This document shows, one piece after another, positions 1-9,360 of a stretch of DNA of 64,000 nt. A program made the position numbers and the translations under genes. The stretch lies in the NCBI GenBank assembly GCA_963772655.1, contig CAVYYE010000003.1, positions 2,737,341-2,801,340 on the forward strand, read 5' to 3'. Position 1 is the first letter of the stretch. The number at the start of each line of letters is the position of its first letter. Source of the DNA: an uncultured delta proteobacterium. Its GTDB lineage: Bacteria > Myxococcota_A > Polyangia > Haliangiales > Haliangiaceae. Below the pieces are notes generated by a model. The model saw nothing but the letters and a program-made list of their open reading frames with translations. It did no database searches and was not told the DNA's origin.

Positions 1-2
1 CC

Positions 3-470
3 GGCATGTACGTGCTGCAGCGCGCGACCGATCCCGATATCGGCCACTTCAGCCTCGCGGTCGAGGACTACGCGCACTCGACCGCGCCCAACCGCCGCTA
101 CCCCGACCTGATCACCCAGCGGCTCCTCAAGGCCACGACCGCCGGGCAGCGGATCCCGTATTCCGACGACGAGCTGATCGCGCTGGCGCTGCACTGCACC
201 GAGCGCGAGAACGCCGCCCGCAAGGTCGAGCGCAAGATGCGCAAGGTCGCCGCCGCCGCGCTGCTGACTCCGCGGATCGGCGAGACCTTCGACGCGATCG
301 TCACCGGCGTCACCGGCAAGGGCACGTTCGCCCGCCTGCTCCATCCACCCGCCGAGGGTCGCGTCGTGAAGGGCGAGGCCAAGCTCGACGTCGGCGACGC
401 GATCCGCGTCAAGCTGGTCGCCACCGAGCCGACCCGCGGGTTCGTCGACTTCGCCGCGGTGACATCGTGA
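3..470 (+). CDS. RNase II/R family 3'-5' exoribonuclease, C-terminal fragment. The gene starts upstream of the window. It includes the RNB catalytic motif region and the S1 domain.
   Basis: The translation ...HFSLAVEDYAHSTAPNRRYPDLITQRLLKA... matches the conserved RNB-domain segment HFGLA...YxHFTSPIRRYxDL of RNase II/R. It is followed by an S1-like segment (GETFDAIVTGVTGKGTFARL). The ORF is open to the window edge. Confidence 0.7.
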   Translation, partial: GMYVLQRATDPDIGHFSLAVEDYAHSTAPNRRYPDLITQRLLKATTAGQRIPYSDDELIALALHCTERENAARKVERKMRKVAAAALLTPRIGETFDAIVTGVTGKGTFARLLHPPAEGRVVKGEAKLDVGDAIRVKLVATEPTRGFVDFAAVTS

Positions 471-1405
471 CCTCACGCCGGCGGAAGGCATCCGACGAGT
501 CGGGGCTCGAGTACATCTTCGACGACATCACGGTCACGTGCACCAACGTCGACCGCATCATGTTTCCCGGCGAGGGGATCAAGAAGTCGGAGGTGATCGG
601 CTACTACCACTTCATCGCCGACTACATGCTGCCCGAGCTCCAGCAGCGTCCGGTGTCGGTCGAGCGCTTCACCAAGGGCATCGATCGGGGCGGGTTCTTC
701 CAGAAGCACTACCAGAAGCACTATCCGGCGTGGCTCGACAAGGAAGAGCTCGGCGAGAAGACCCGTGTCGTCTACCCGATCGTCGACAACACCGCCGGGC
801 TCGTCTACCTCGCGAACCAGGGCTCGATCGCGTTTCACATCTGGACCAGCCGGCGGGACACGCCCGAGTATCCGGACCTGATCGTGTTCGACCTCGACCC
901 GCCCGAGGGTCGGTTCGATCTGGTGCGCCAGACCGCGCTGATCGTTCGCGACCTGCTGGACGAGCTCGGGTTACCGGCGTACGTCAAGACCACCGGGTCG
1001 AAGGGCCTCCACGTGGTGGCGCCGACCGACGGGCGCGCCACCTTCGGCGAGGTGTCGCGGTTCTGCAATCGGGTGGCGAAGCTGTTGTGCGCGCGCCACC
1101 CCGACATCATGACCGTGGAGTTCTACAAGAAGGACCGCAAGGGTCGGCTGTTCTTCGACACGCTCCGCAACGCGCTCGGTGCGACGCTGATCGCACCGTG
1201 GTCGCTACGCGGCCGGCCGGGAGCGCCGATCTCGATGCCGATCCACTGGGACGAGGTCGAGGATCCGGAGCTGCGCCCCAACGGCTTCCTGTTGCGGGAT
1301 ATCCGCAGGCGCCTCGACCAGCGCGGTGACCCGTGGGCCAAGCTGCGCGCACGGGTGGGCTCGCTCGACGATGCGGAAGCCGCGCTCGCCAAGCTCGAAC
1401 CGTGA
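467..1405 (+). CDS. Stand-alone LigD-type NHEJ primase-polymerase domain protein (PolDom).
   Basis: The protein is 312 aa. It has FFQKH and KTTGSKGLHVVAP motifs like the LigD polymerase domain (KTSGGKGLHVYVP). Its GTG start overlaps the upstream TGA in a GTGA arrangement. Confidence 0.75.
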   Translation: MTSRRRKASDESGLEYIFDDITVTCTNVDRIMFPGEGIKKSEVIGYYHFIADYMLPELQQRPVSVERFTKGIDRGGFFQKHYQKHYPAWLDKEELGEKTRVVYPIVDNTAGLVYLANQGSIAFHIWTSRRDTPEYPDLIVFDLDPPEGRFDLVRQTALIVRDLLDELGLPAYVKTTGSKGLHVVAPTDGRATFGEVSRFCNRVAKLLCARHPDIMTVEFYKKDRKGRLFFDTLRNALGATLIAPWSLRGRPGAPISMPIHWDEVEDPELRPNGFLLRDIRRRLDQRGDPWAKLRARVGSLDDAEAALAKLEP

Positions 1406-1461
1406 TCACCGGGAGTGGGAACACTCCCCCTACCTCCGTCGTGATAGCGTCGTTGCCGACC

Positions 1462-2307
1462 ATGCTCGGCGCCGCGATCGGGAAGTTCAAAATCCAGAGT
1501 CGACTCGGGAGCGGTAGTTTCGGCGAGACCTGGCTCGCCGCGCACGAGGAGACCGGCGGGCGAGTCGCGATCAAGCTGTTCCGCCCCGAGGTCTCGCAGC
1601 ATCCGATCTTCAACTCGCAGGTCGTCGACGAGGCGCGGCTGATCTCGCGGATGGCCAACGCCGGCGTCGCCCGGATCTGGGACGCCAACGTACTCCCGAA
1701 CGGTCAGGCCTACATGATCCGGGACTTCCTCGATGGCGAGACGCTGACCCAACGGATCGCGTACGGCCGCCACTCGGCCACCCAGCTCGCCGACATCGTC
1801 GAGCAAACGGCGAACGCCTTGGTCGCCGCCGCCAACGCCGGCGTGTTCCACAACGACCTCAAGCCGAGCAACCTGTTCATCGTCAAGGACGGCGATCGCG
1901 CCAGCGGCGAGCGCATCGTGGTTGCCGACTTCGCGCACGGGAAGCTGGTGTCGGCGTTCCCCCAGCTCGGCCATCCGGGTTACCTCGCGCCGGAGCAGCA
2001 GCTCGGCGCCAAGAACGACTGGCGGATCGACGCCTACGCGCTCGGCTGCATCGCGTTCGAGCTCGGGTGCCAGCGTCCGGTGTTCCTCGGCGATAGCTGG
2101 GACAAGGTCCGCAACAAGCACGTCAAGGACCTGGCGCCCAACCTGCGGTCGTTCGTTCCCGATGCGAGCGCCAGCCTCGACCGGCTGATCGCGCGCATGC
2201 TCGAGAAGAATCCGATGGAGCGGCCGAAGAAGATGCAGGACATCGCCAAGCTGTTCCAGCTGATGGTCGGCTACGAAGCGCCGCTCGGCGAGACCGTCAA
2301 GGACTAG
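1462..2307 (+). CDS. Ser/Thr protein kinase (Hanks-type).
   Basis: It has a Gly loop GSGSFGETW, the catalytic lysine motif VAIK, an HNDLKPSN catalytic loop and an APE motif. The start is placed at the internal ATG 1462, because the first 43 codons of the ORF are Arg-rich and do not look like coding sequence. Confidence 0.8.
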   Translation: MLGAAIGKFKIQSRLGSGSFGETWLAAHEETGGRVAIKLFRPEVSQHPIFNSQVVDEARLISRMANAGVARIWDANVLPNGQAYMIRDFLDGETLTQRIAYGRHSATQLADIVEQTANALVAAANAGVFHNDLKPSNLFIVKDGDRASGERIVVADFAHGKLVSAFPQLGHPGYLAPEQQLGAKNDWRIDAYALGCIAFELGCQRPVFLGDSWDKVRNKHVKDLAPNLRSFVPDASASLDRLIARMLEKNPMERPKKMQDIAKLFQLMVGYEAPLGETVKD

Positions 2308-2312
2308 GAGTC

Positions 2313-3986
2313 TTGGCCCACATCACGTGGTTCGATCCGCCGCCGGATCGCGCCGCGCTGCCCGCACGGCTGCCATCGCCGTTCGCGGTACCGCCGCACC
2401 CGCTCGCCGAGCGCGCCGCCCGCGAGCTCCGCGATCGCGTGATGCGTGGCGAGCTCGACTCCGATTCCGCCGCGATCGTGGGCGACGCGCGACTCGACGC
2501 ACCCGGTAACGGCAAGATGTTCGGGGTGCTGGTCGTCGCCGACGGTGATGGTCGACTCGGCTATACGTGCGCGTTCTCCGGAATGCTCGGCGGACGGTGG
2601 CACGTGCCGGGCTTCGCGCCGCCGGTGTTCGACGAAGCAGCACGCGATCGGTTCTGGCCGGCCGGCGAAGCGGAGCTCGGCGGGATCGATCGCGAGCTCG
2701 CCACACTCGAGACGCGGATCGCCCCGGTGCGCGACGAGCTCGCGGGCCTCGACGATCGCCACCTCGCCGCACGCGAGCACCTGCGCGCGACCCACCTCGA
2801 ACGCCGGCGACAGCGCCGAGCCCGCCGCGAGGAGATCGCCGGCGATCCGGCCGAGCTGCGCGCGCTCGCGCACGCCAGCAGCGCCGACACCTCCGAGCGC
2901 AAACATCTCCTCGCCGAGCAGCGCGCCGAGCGAGCGCCGATCGCCGAGCGGCTCGTCGCCCTCGAACGCGACGCGACCGCGATCGAGCACCGCAAGGCCG
3001 CGCGGTCGCGCGAGCTCTTGATCGCGATCCACGACACCTACGTGCTCTCCGACGCGCGGGGCGAGCGCCGCACGTTGCGCGAGCTGTTCGCACCCGCCGA
3101 GCCGCCCGGCGGCGCCGGCGACTGCGCGGCTCCCAAGCTGCTGGCGTACGCGTACGCGAACGAGCTGCGTCCGATCGCGTTCGCCGAGATCTGGTGCGGT
3201 GGCCCGCCCGCCGCCGGCGGCCGTCACGACGGCACGCTGTACCCGGCGTGTCGCGGCAAGTGCGGGCCGATCCTGGCCCACGCGCTCGGCGGGCTCGACA
3301 CCGATCCGCTCCCGGTGTTCGGCGTGCCCGTGGTCGGCGATGACGAGCCGCGCACCGTGTTCGAAGACCCATGGCTCGCGATCGTCGACAAGCCGGTCGG
3401 CCTCCTGTCCGTGCCCGGCCGCGGCGATCACCTGCGCGACTCGGTGGCCGTGCGCATGCGCCGGCGCTATCCCGACGCCACCGGTCCCCTGCTGGTCCAC
3501 CGGCTCGACCTCGATACCTCGGGGCTGCTGGTGGTCGCCAAGGACCTCGCGACGTACCACGCGCTGCAGGCGCAGTTCGCGCGCCGCACGATCGACAAAC
3601 GCTACGTCGCGTGGCTCGAGGGCGAGGTCGCGGGCGAGTCCGGAACGATCGATCTACCCCTGCGCGTCGATCTCGACGACCGCCCGCGCAACATCGTCGA
3701 TCCGATCCATGGACGGCCGGCGATCACCGACTGGCGCGTGCTCGAGCGTGCCGGCGGTCGCACGCGGGTCGCGTTGTATCCGCGCACCGGTCGCAGCCAC
3801 CAGCTCCGAGTGCACTGCGCGCATCCGCGCGGGCTCGACGCGCCGATCGTCGGTGATCGGCTGTATGCCCGCGCGCCGCACGACGAGTCGCGCATGCTGC
3901 TACACGCCGAGGCGATCGCGTTCGATCACCCGCACACCGGCGAGCGGATCGCGCTCGAGTGCCCCGCTCCGTGGACGCCGTTGTGA
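2313..3986 (+). CDS. RluA-family pseudouridine synthase with a ~300-aa N-terminal extension.
   Basis: The C-terminal half carries the RluA catalytic core (HRLDLDTSGLLVVAKD...RYVAWLEGEV...). The protein is 557 aa. Its last ~80 codons are re-duplicated downstream in the tandem repeat. Confidence 0.8.
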   Translation: MAHITWFDPPPDRAALPARLPSPFAVPPHPLAERAARELRDRVMRGELDSDSAAIVGDARLDAPGNGKMFGVLVVADGDGRLGYTCAFSGMLGGRWHVPGFAPPVFDEAARDRFWPAGEAELGGIDRELATLETRIAPVRDELAGLDDRHLAAREHLRATHLERRRQRRARREEIAGDPAELRALAHASSADTSERKHLLAEQRAERAPIAERLVALERDATAIEHRKAARSRELLIAIHDTYVLSDARGERRTLRELFAPAEPPGGAGDCAAPKLLAYAYANELRPIAFAEIWCGGPPAAGGRHDGTLYPACRGKCGPILAHALGGLDTDPLPVFGVPVVGDDEPRTVFEDPWLAIVDKPVGLLSVPGRGDHLRDSVAVRMRRRYPDATGPLLVHRLDLDTSGLLVVAKDLATYHALQAQFARRTIDKRYVAWLEGEVAGESGTIDLPLRVDLDDRPRNIVDPIHGRPAITDWRVLERAGGRTRVALYPRTGRSHQLRVHCAHPRGLDAPIVGDRLYARAPHDESRMLLHAEAIAFDHPHTGERIALECPAPWTPL

Positions 3987-5409
3987 CCTGGCTCGCATCG
4001 CGGTTCCGAGGAACCGCTTCGTCGATCCCGGTGTGGCCTCCACGCGGTCACCGACGCAGAGGAGATCGCGTGCACGCTTCGCTGCGCCAGGTGAGGTCCC
4101 CTCGGCGTCTGCCGAACAACTGCAAGCGCCCGCGCGCACGGAGCTAGGTTCGTGCAGGACAGGACCGACCGGCGTAGACACAGCCGCCTCGAGGACCCCA
4201 CCCGGCTTGCCCGCGTTGACGAGATCGCGATCAGTTGCAGGTCGGGAACGCAGGTGACATCGCGATCGGCCGCGCAACATCGGCGATCCGGTCCACGGGT
4301 GACCCGCGGTCACCGACTGGCGCGTGATCGAGCGTGCCGGCGGTCGCACGCGGGTCGCGTTGTATCCGCGCACCGGCCGGAGCCACCAGCTCCGCGTGCA
4401 CTGCGCTCATCCGCACGGGCTCGACGCGCCGATCGTCGGTGATCGGCTACGCCCGCGCACCACACCACGAGCCGCGGATGCTGCTGCACGCCGAGGCGAT
4501 CGCGTTCGATCACCCGCACACCGGCGAGCGGATCGCGCTCGAGTGCCCCGCTCCGTGGACGCCGTTGTGACCTGGCTCGCATCGCGGTTCCGAGGAACCG
4601 CTTCGTCGATCCCGGTGTGGCCTCCACGCGGTCACCGACGCAGAGGAGATCGCGTGCACGCTTCGCTGCGCCAGGTGAGGTCCCCTCGGCGTCTGCCGAA
4701 CAACTGCAAGCGCCCGCGCGCACGGAGCTAGGTTCGTGCAGGACAGGACCGACCGGCGTAGACACAGCCGCCTCGAGGACCCCACCCGGCTTGCCCGCGT
4801 TGACGAGATCGCGATCAGTTGCAGGTCGGGAACGCTGGTGACATCGCGATCGGCCGCGCAACATCGGCGATCCGGTCCACGGGTGACCCGCGGTCACCGA
4901 CTGGCGCGTGATCGAGCGTGCCGGCGGTCGCACGCGGGTCGCGTTGTATCCGCGCACCGGTCGGAGCCACCAGCTCCGCGTGCACTGCGCGCATCCGCGC
5001 GGGCTCGACGCGCCGATCGTCGGTGATCGGCTGTATGCCCGCGCACCGCACGACGAGCCGCGGATGCTGCTGCACGCCGAGGCGATCGCGTTCGATCACC
5101 CGCACACCGGCGAGCGGATCGCGCTCGAGTGCCCCGCTCCGTGGACGCCGTTGTGACCTGGCTCGCATCGCGGTTCCGAGGAACCGCTTCGTCGATCCCG
5201 GTGTGGCCTCCACGCGTCACCGACGCAGAGGAGATCGCGTGCACGCTTCGCTGCGCCAGGTGAGGTCCCCTCGGCGTCTGCCGAACAACTGCAAGCGCCC
5301 GCGCGCACGGAGCTAGGTTCGTGCAGGACAGGACCGACCGGCGTAGACACAGCCGCCTCGAGGACCCCACCCGGCTTGCCCGCGTTGACGAGATCGCGAT
5401 CAGTTGCAG
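3721..5409. repeat. Tandem direct repeat with a 584-bp unit and ~2.9 near-identical copies. Each unit holds the 3' ~250 bp of the RluA-family gene plus ~335 bp of downstream sequence.
   Basis: The phase is seen directly: cgagcgtgccggcggtcgcacgcgggtcgcgttgtatccgcgcacc recurs at ~3740, 4324 and 4908. The C-terminal peptide ...HAEAIAFDHPHTGERIALECPAPWTPL* is re-encoded in ORFs 4334..4570 and 4908..5156. The copies differ by only a few substitutions. Confidence 0.9.
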
Positions 5410-5722
5410 CGATGTTCTCGACGAAACGTGCGACGCGAAGACGAGGCGGATCGATCCGCACTGTCGAACGGTCTCCGATAGTTCGATGCGAACGAGGGTT
5501 GTCGTCGAAAAACTCGATCGCGATGCAGTTTTGCCTTGACGCATCTCGCGGTGCCATCGCGCATCGATCGATGTCGCGAACCTGACGTGCGACCAGCCGC
5601 GTCGTGTGGAGCGCTGCGCGCACGAAATCGCCACGACCGTTTCTCGACGAGAAAATACGAAAACGGCGCACGTGCGCGAATCGAGAGCGTCGAAAACTCG
5701 CGTGGTACAGGAGGCATCTAGC

Positions 5723-5728
5723 AAGGAG
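5723..5728 (+). promoter_or_regulatory. Shine-Dalgarno sequence AAGGAG, 7 nt upstream of the HNH gene ATG.
   Basis: The sequence is gcAAGGAGtgtcgggATG. Confidence 0.5.
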
Positions 5729-5735
5729 TGTCGGG

Positions 5736-7271
5736 ATGGAGTCGACGAACGCGTGCGAGGTAGCGAACACGATCGCGAACGAGCTGCCGGATGAAACGAA
5801 CGCGAGCTGGCGCGAGATCGATCGCCGGCTCGGCACACTGGCGCGGCAACGCTGCGCGCTCGACGCCGAAGAGGCGCGCTGGTTGCGCGCCGCGGCGCGG
5901 TGCCGGATCTGGCAGCAGGTCGGCTGTGCGAGCCTGCTCGATTATCTCGAGCGCCGTCTCGGGTATGGCCCGCGCGCCGCGCAGGATCGCGTGCGGGTCG
6001 CGTTCGCGCTGGAGGAGTTGCCGGCGCTCGCCGACGAGCTCGAGCGCGGCATGCCGTACACCGCGGTGCGCGAGCTCTCTCGCGTCGCCACACGCGACAC
6101 CGAGCACGACTGGATCGCCGCGTGCCGCGGCAAGAACGTCCACGAGATCGAGCGAGCCGTCGCCGGTCACCGGCCCGGCTCGCGTCCGAGCGATCCGGGC
6201 GAGCCCGAGCTCGCCGGGCGACGCTTGCCGCTCGAAGACATCCGCCCGGCCACGCAGGCGGCGTGGCGCGAAGCGCGTCACAAGTTGCAGGCCGCGCGCG
6301 GAACCCACGTTTCCGACGACGAGCTGCTCGCTGCCCTGTGTGGCGTCTATCTCGAAGGCGCCAAAACGCCGGACGACGACGTGAATGCGGGTCGGGCCAA
6401 GTACCAGGTCGCGGTGACCGTGTGCGATCGCTGCCAGCAGGGCTGGCGAGATGGCGCCGGGCGCACGTTCCCGCTCGACGCGGCCGACACCGAGCGCGCG
6501 CTGTGCGACGCCCAGCATCTCGGTGCGCTCGACGGCGAGCCCGCACGCGCCACGCAGGACATCGCACCGCGCGTCCGCCGCTTCGTCGTGCGACGCGATC
6601 GCGGCACGTGCCGCGTGCCCGGTTGTCGATCCGCCGCCAACCTCGAGCTCCATCACATCGTGCCGCGCTCGCGCGGTGGCTCGCACCAGGCGTCCAACCT
6701 GATCCAGCTCTGCGACGGTTGCCACACCGCCCATCACCGCGACCTGATCGACATCGCCGGTACGTCGGACAAGCTCGTGGTGACCCGCCGCCACGAGCTC
6801 GGGCCCGTCGAGCTCGACCCCACCCGCGCCCACGTGGACGCCAGCACCCTCGATCACGCCCACGTGGGCACCGGCACCCTCGACCGCGCCCACGTGGGCG
6901 CAGGCACCCTCGATCGCACCGACGCGGGCGCAGGCACCCTCGACCGCACCGACGTGGGTGCCGGTACCCTCGACCGAACCGACGCGGGCGCCGGCACCAT
7001 CGACCGAACCGGCGCGGGCGCCGGCATCATCGACCGAACCGACGCGGGCGCCGGCATCATCGACCGCACCCACGTCGGCGCGCGACACCGACAGGGCGTG
7101 TTCGATCGCGTGGCCGCGCGAACGCAGGCCCTCGACGCGCTCGTGACGCTCGGCTTCAAACGCCACGAAGCGCGGTCGTACGTCGACGGCGCGATCGCCG
7201 AGCTCGGCCATCGCGCGACGGACCTCGAGGCTCTGTTGCGAGCGGCGCTCCAGCGAGTCCCTCACAGGTAG
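5736..7271 (+). CDS. DUF222/HNH endonuclease family protein (13E12-repeat type). It has a C-terminal 9-aa tandem repeat array and a RuvA domain-III-like tail.
   Basis: The HNH motif is present: CRVPGC...LELHHIVPRSRGG...CDGCHTAHH. An Arg/Ala-rich N-terminal domain resembles DUF222. The C-terminus carries 9 copies of (GAGTLDRTD)-like repeats, then ...ALDALVTLGFKRHEARSYV, which resembles RuvA domain III. The ATG at 5736 is preceded by AAGGAG. Confidence 0.8.
   Translation: MESTNACEVANTIANELPDETNASWREIDRRLGTLARQRCALDAEEARWLRAAARCRIWQQVGCASLLDYLERRLGYGPRAAQDRVRVAFALEELPALADELERGMPYTAVRELSRVATRDTEHDWIAACRGKNVHEIERAVAGHRPGSRPSDPGEPELAGRRLPLEDIRPATQAAWREARHKLQAARGTHVSDDELLAALCGVYLEGAKTPDDDVNAGRAKYQVAVTVCDRCQQGWRDGAGRTFPLDAADTERALCDAQHLGALDGEPARATQDIAPRVRRFVVRRDRGTCRVPGCRSAANLELHHIVPRSRGGSHQASNLIQLCDGCHTAHHRDLIDIAGTSDKLVVTRRHELGPVELDPTRAHVDASTLDHAHVGTGTLDRAHVGAGTLDRTDAGAGTLDRTDVGAGTLDRTDAGAGTIDRTGAGAGIIDRTDAGAGIIDRTHVGARHRQGVFDRVAARTQALDALVTLGFKRHEARSYVDGAIAELGHRATDLEALLRAALQRVPHR
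6837..7083 (+). repeat. Intragenic 27-bp in-frame tandem repeat, ~9 copies, encoding xVGAGTLDR(T/A)D.
   Basis: The unit ggcaccctcgaccgcaccgacgcgggcgcc and variants are visible directly. The array keeps the reading frame of the HNH gene. Confidence 0.85.
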
Positions 7272-7619
7272 ACCGGCGTCCCGAGAAGTTCGTCGCTCCC
7301 GGAGAGCGCGCGTTCGCATCAGGCGACTGGCGCTCGTGGGCCGCGCGCCCGCAGTCACCGCTCCGAGGCAAGGATCGACGCGACCGATGCCAACCGGCGC
7401 GGCCAAGAAGCCAGGACCACGCTCCGCGTTCTCTCCACCGCGAAGCCAAGAGCCCACGATCGCGCCCGCGTGGGTTCCGACGTGTGAGGGACTAACCCAG
7501 GTCTTGATCTTCCTCTCTCCTCGAGAACATCGTTCTCGTCCCTGGAGCGCCCGCCCCACCGATGCCGACCGGGATCCGCAAAGCCAGCAGCACGCTTCCC
7601 GTTTCCTGCGGTGCGTACG

Positions 7620-7763
7620 ACTCGATCGGCTTGCCCGCGTTGACGAGATCGCGATGCGCCGATCGTCGGTGATCGGCTGTATGCCCGCGCGCCGCACGAC
7701 GAGCCGCGCATACTGTCACACGAGGCGATCGCGTTCGATGACCCGCACACCGGCGAACGGCTC
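7620..7763 (+). repeat. Degenerate partial copy of the RluA 3'-end repeat. It is older and more diverged than the 3721..5409 copies.
   Basis: cttgcccgcgttgacgagatcgcgat is followed by gcgccgatcgtcggtgatcggctgtatgcccgcgcgccgcacgacgagccgcgcatactg.... This encodes APIVGDRLYARAPHDEPRIL.HEAIAFDDPHTGERLVFE. It has ~80-85% identity to the copies at 3840-3960 and 5000-5120. Confidence 0.75.
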
Positions 7764-7856
7764 GTGTTCGAGCGACTCGCCACGTTCCGAGTCCTCTACC
7801 GGATCCTGAAGACGGCGGGGTTGACACCCTGCACCCTGTCTCGGATCTTCGTTGCG

Positions 7857-8693
7857 TTGTCCCGTTCGTGTTGGCTCGTGCTGCTCGCCGCGTGTTCGTC
7901 AGCCGCGACCGCGCCACCGCGTTCGGAGACTCCCACATCGGTCGCGCCGTCCCCGCGAGTCCGGGCGCCCGCCTCCGACGAGCTCGCGCGCTCGCCGACG
8001 CTGCAACCACTTGCCTGGTTACTGGGCACGTGGTCCGGGAACGGCGCCGAGGTCACGTTCGCGGCCGTCGAGGGCGCGATCTACGGTGTCGAGATCGGAA
8101 GCGACGGCCACGTCGATCTCGTCGTGCTGGACGATGGCGAGGGGCGCAAACCCGCCGACGGTACGCTCCGCTGCTTCGTGCTTCCCGGCGCCGAGGTGGT
8201 CGACGACCGTCCCTGCGCGCTCCACGATCGGGTGCTCGAGCTCGACGATACGCGGTACTCGCTCGTCGGCGACGGCCTCTCGATGACGCGGGGCGCACGA
8301 ACCGTGGTGCTGTCGCCCGCCTCTCCGTCGTCCGCGCCCGCGATCGCCGCCGCCGATCGCGCGTTCTCGCAGGCAACGCGCGAGCATGGCGTCGCCGGTT
8401 GGGTCGGTGCGTTCGCGACCGACGGGGCGATGATCTCCGAGGCCGGCAAGATCGCCGGCGCCAAGGCGATCGAGGAGGAGATGTCCGCGTTCCTCGCTGC
8501 CGGTACGCTCGCGTGGGCGCCGAACGTCAGCGGCCAGCACGCCGGCGTCGGCTACACGATCGGCAAGGCCACCTACACGCCGAAGTCCGCCACTGCCAAG
8601 CCGTTCGGCACGACCTACGTCACGCTGTGGAAGCGCGAAGGCGACGCGTGGAAGGTCGCGCGTGACACCGGTCGCGCCGTCAACGCACCGTGA
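7857..8693 (+). CDS. Lipoprotein with a C-terminal SnoaL-like/DUF4440 (NTF2-fold) domain.
   Basis: A signal peptide plus lipobox (WLVLLAAC) follows a TTG at 7857. The upstream in-frame extension to ATG 7764 is the read-through tail of the degenerate RluA fragment, so the 7857 start is preferred. The alternative is 7764. The C-terminal WAPNVSGQHAGVGYTIG...TTYVTLWKREGDAWKV pattern is typical of the NTF2-like fold. Confidence 0.6.
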   Translation: MSRSCWLVLLAACSSAATAPPRSETPTSVAPSPRVRAPASDELARSPTLQPLAWLLGTWSGNGAEVTFAAVEGAIYGVEIGSDGHVDLVVLDDGEGRKPADGTLRCFVLPGAEVVDDRPCALHDRVLELDDTRYSLVGDGLSMTRGARTVVLSPASPSSAPAIAAADRAFSQATREHGVAGWVGAFATDGAMISEAGKIAGAKAIEEEMSAFLAAGTLAWAPNVSGQHAGVGYTIGKATYTPKSATAKPFGTTYVTLWKREGDAWKVARDTGRAVNAP

Positions 8694-8709
8694 CCGTGCG
8701 GTCGTGGCG

Positions 8710-9360
8710 CTAGTCGCACGCCGGAAACGCCGCGGTCATCGCGGCGAACGTGTTCTGCGTGGTGCCGCCGCACCGGCAGTCCGCGGGCTGCCCTGCCTGG
8801 TCGACGCACGGCACTTCCTCGTCGACGAACGACCGCGTGGGTGCGCAGTCCTGCGACAGGTCGAGGAAGTCGTTGCAGTTGGCACCGATCGACAGGTTGG
8901 CCGCCATCTCCGCGTAGCCGATCAGCGCCATCTGGCAGGCGCGCACCGCGGTGGGGAGCGCGTCGCCGAACACGAACTCGAGCTGGTGACCGGGACGGCA
9001 GCTCGCCGGCACCACCATCGTCGTGCCCGCAGATCCCGCCCAGTACGTCGTCGTGAACACGATCTCGACGTGCGGCACCGCGCCGGGATCCGTCTCGACG
9101 ATCTGGATCGGGAACGGCGCCAGCCCACCGCGGATGCACGCCGCCGTCTCGGCAAAATCGGGCCGGCTGTACGGCGGCAACTGCATCGGCCCGTCGACGA
9201 GCAGGCTGAGGTTCTGGATCGCGTCGTCGAACGTCCCGGCATCGTACGCACCGCCGCCGGCGTTGAGGTACAGGATCGCCGGCTGACACGCGGCGTCTGC
9301 CGATGGCGCGTCACCACCGCCGCAACCGAGGGCGAGCACGAGGACCGCGGCGGCACGCAC
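8710..9360 (-). CDS. Cys-rich secreted lipoprotein, hypothetical.
   Basis: A GTG start leads into a signal peptide plus lipobox (RAAAVLVLALGC). The mature part has 12 Cys. The overlapping plus-strand ORF 8662..9564 is Arg-rich antisense noise. Confidence 0.6.
   Translation of the reverse strand: MRAAAVLVLALGCGGGDAPSADAACQPAILYLNAGGGAYDAGTFDDAIQNLSLLVDGPMQLPPYSRPDFAETAACIRGGLAPFPIQIVETDPGAVPHVEIVFTTTYWAGSAGTTMVVPASCRPGHQLEFVFGDALPTAVRACQMALIGYAEMAANLSIGANCNDFLDLSQDCAPTRSFVDEEVPCVDQAGQPADCRCGGTTQNTFAAMTAAFPACD

Noticed and set aside
2304-3560. Long minus-strand ORFs (418 and 349 aa) antisense to the RluA-family gene.
   Set aside because: Their translations are extremely Arg/Ala-rich, as expected from antisense frames of high-GC coding DNA. 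The plus-strand product has clear RluA homology.
6837-7083. Regularly spaced 27-bp repeats that could superficially suggest a CRISPR array.
   Set aside because: The repeats are contiguous with no spacers, and they lie in-frame inside the HNH gene encoding GAGTLDRTD units.
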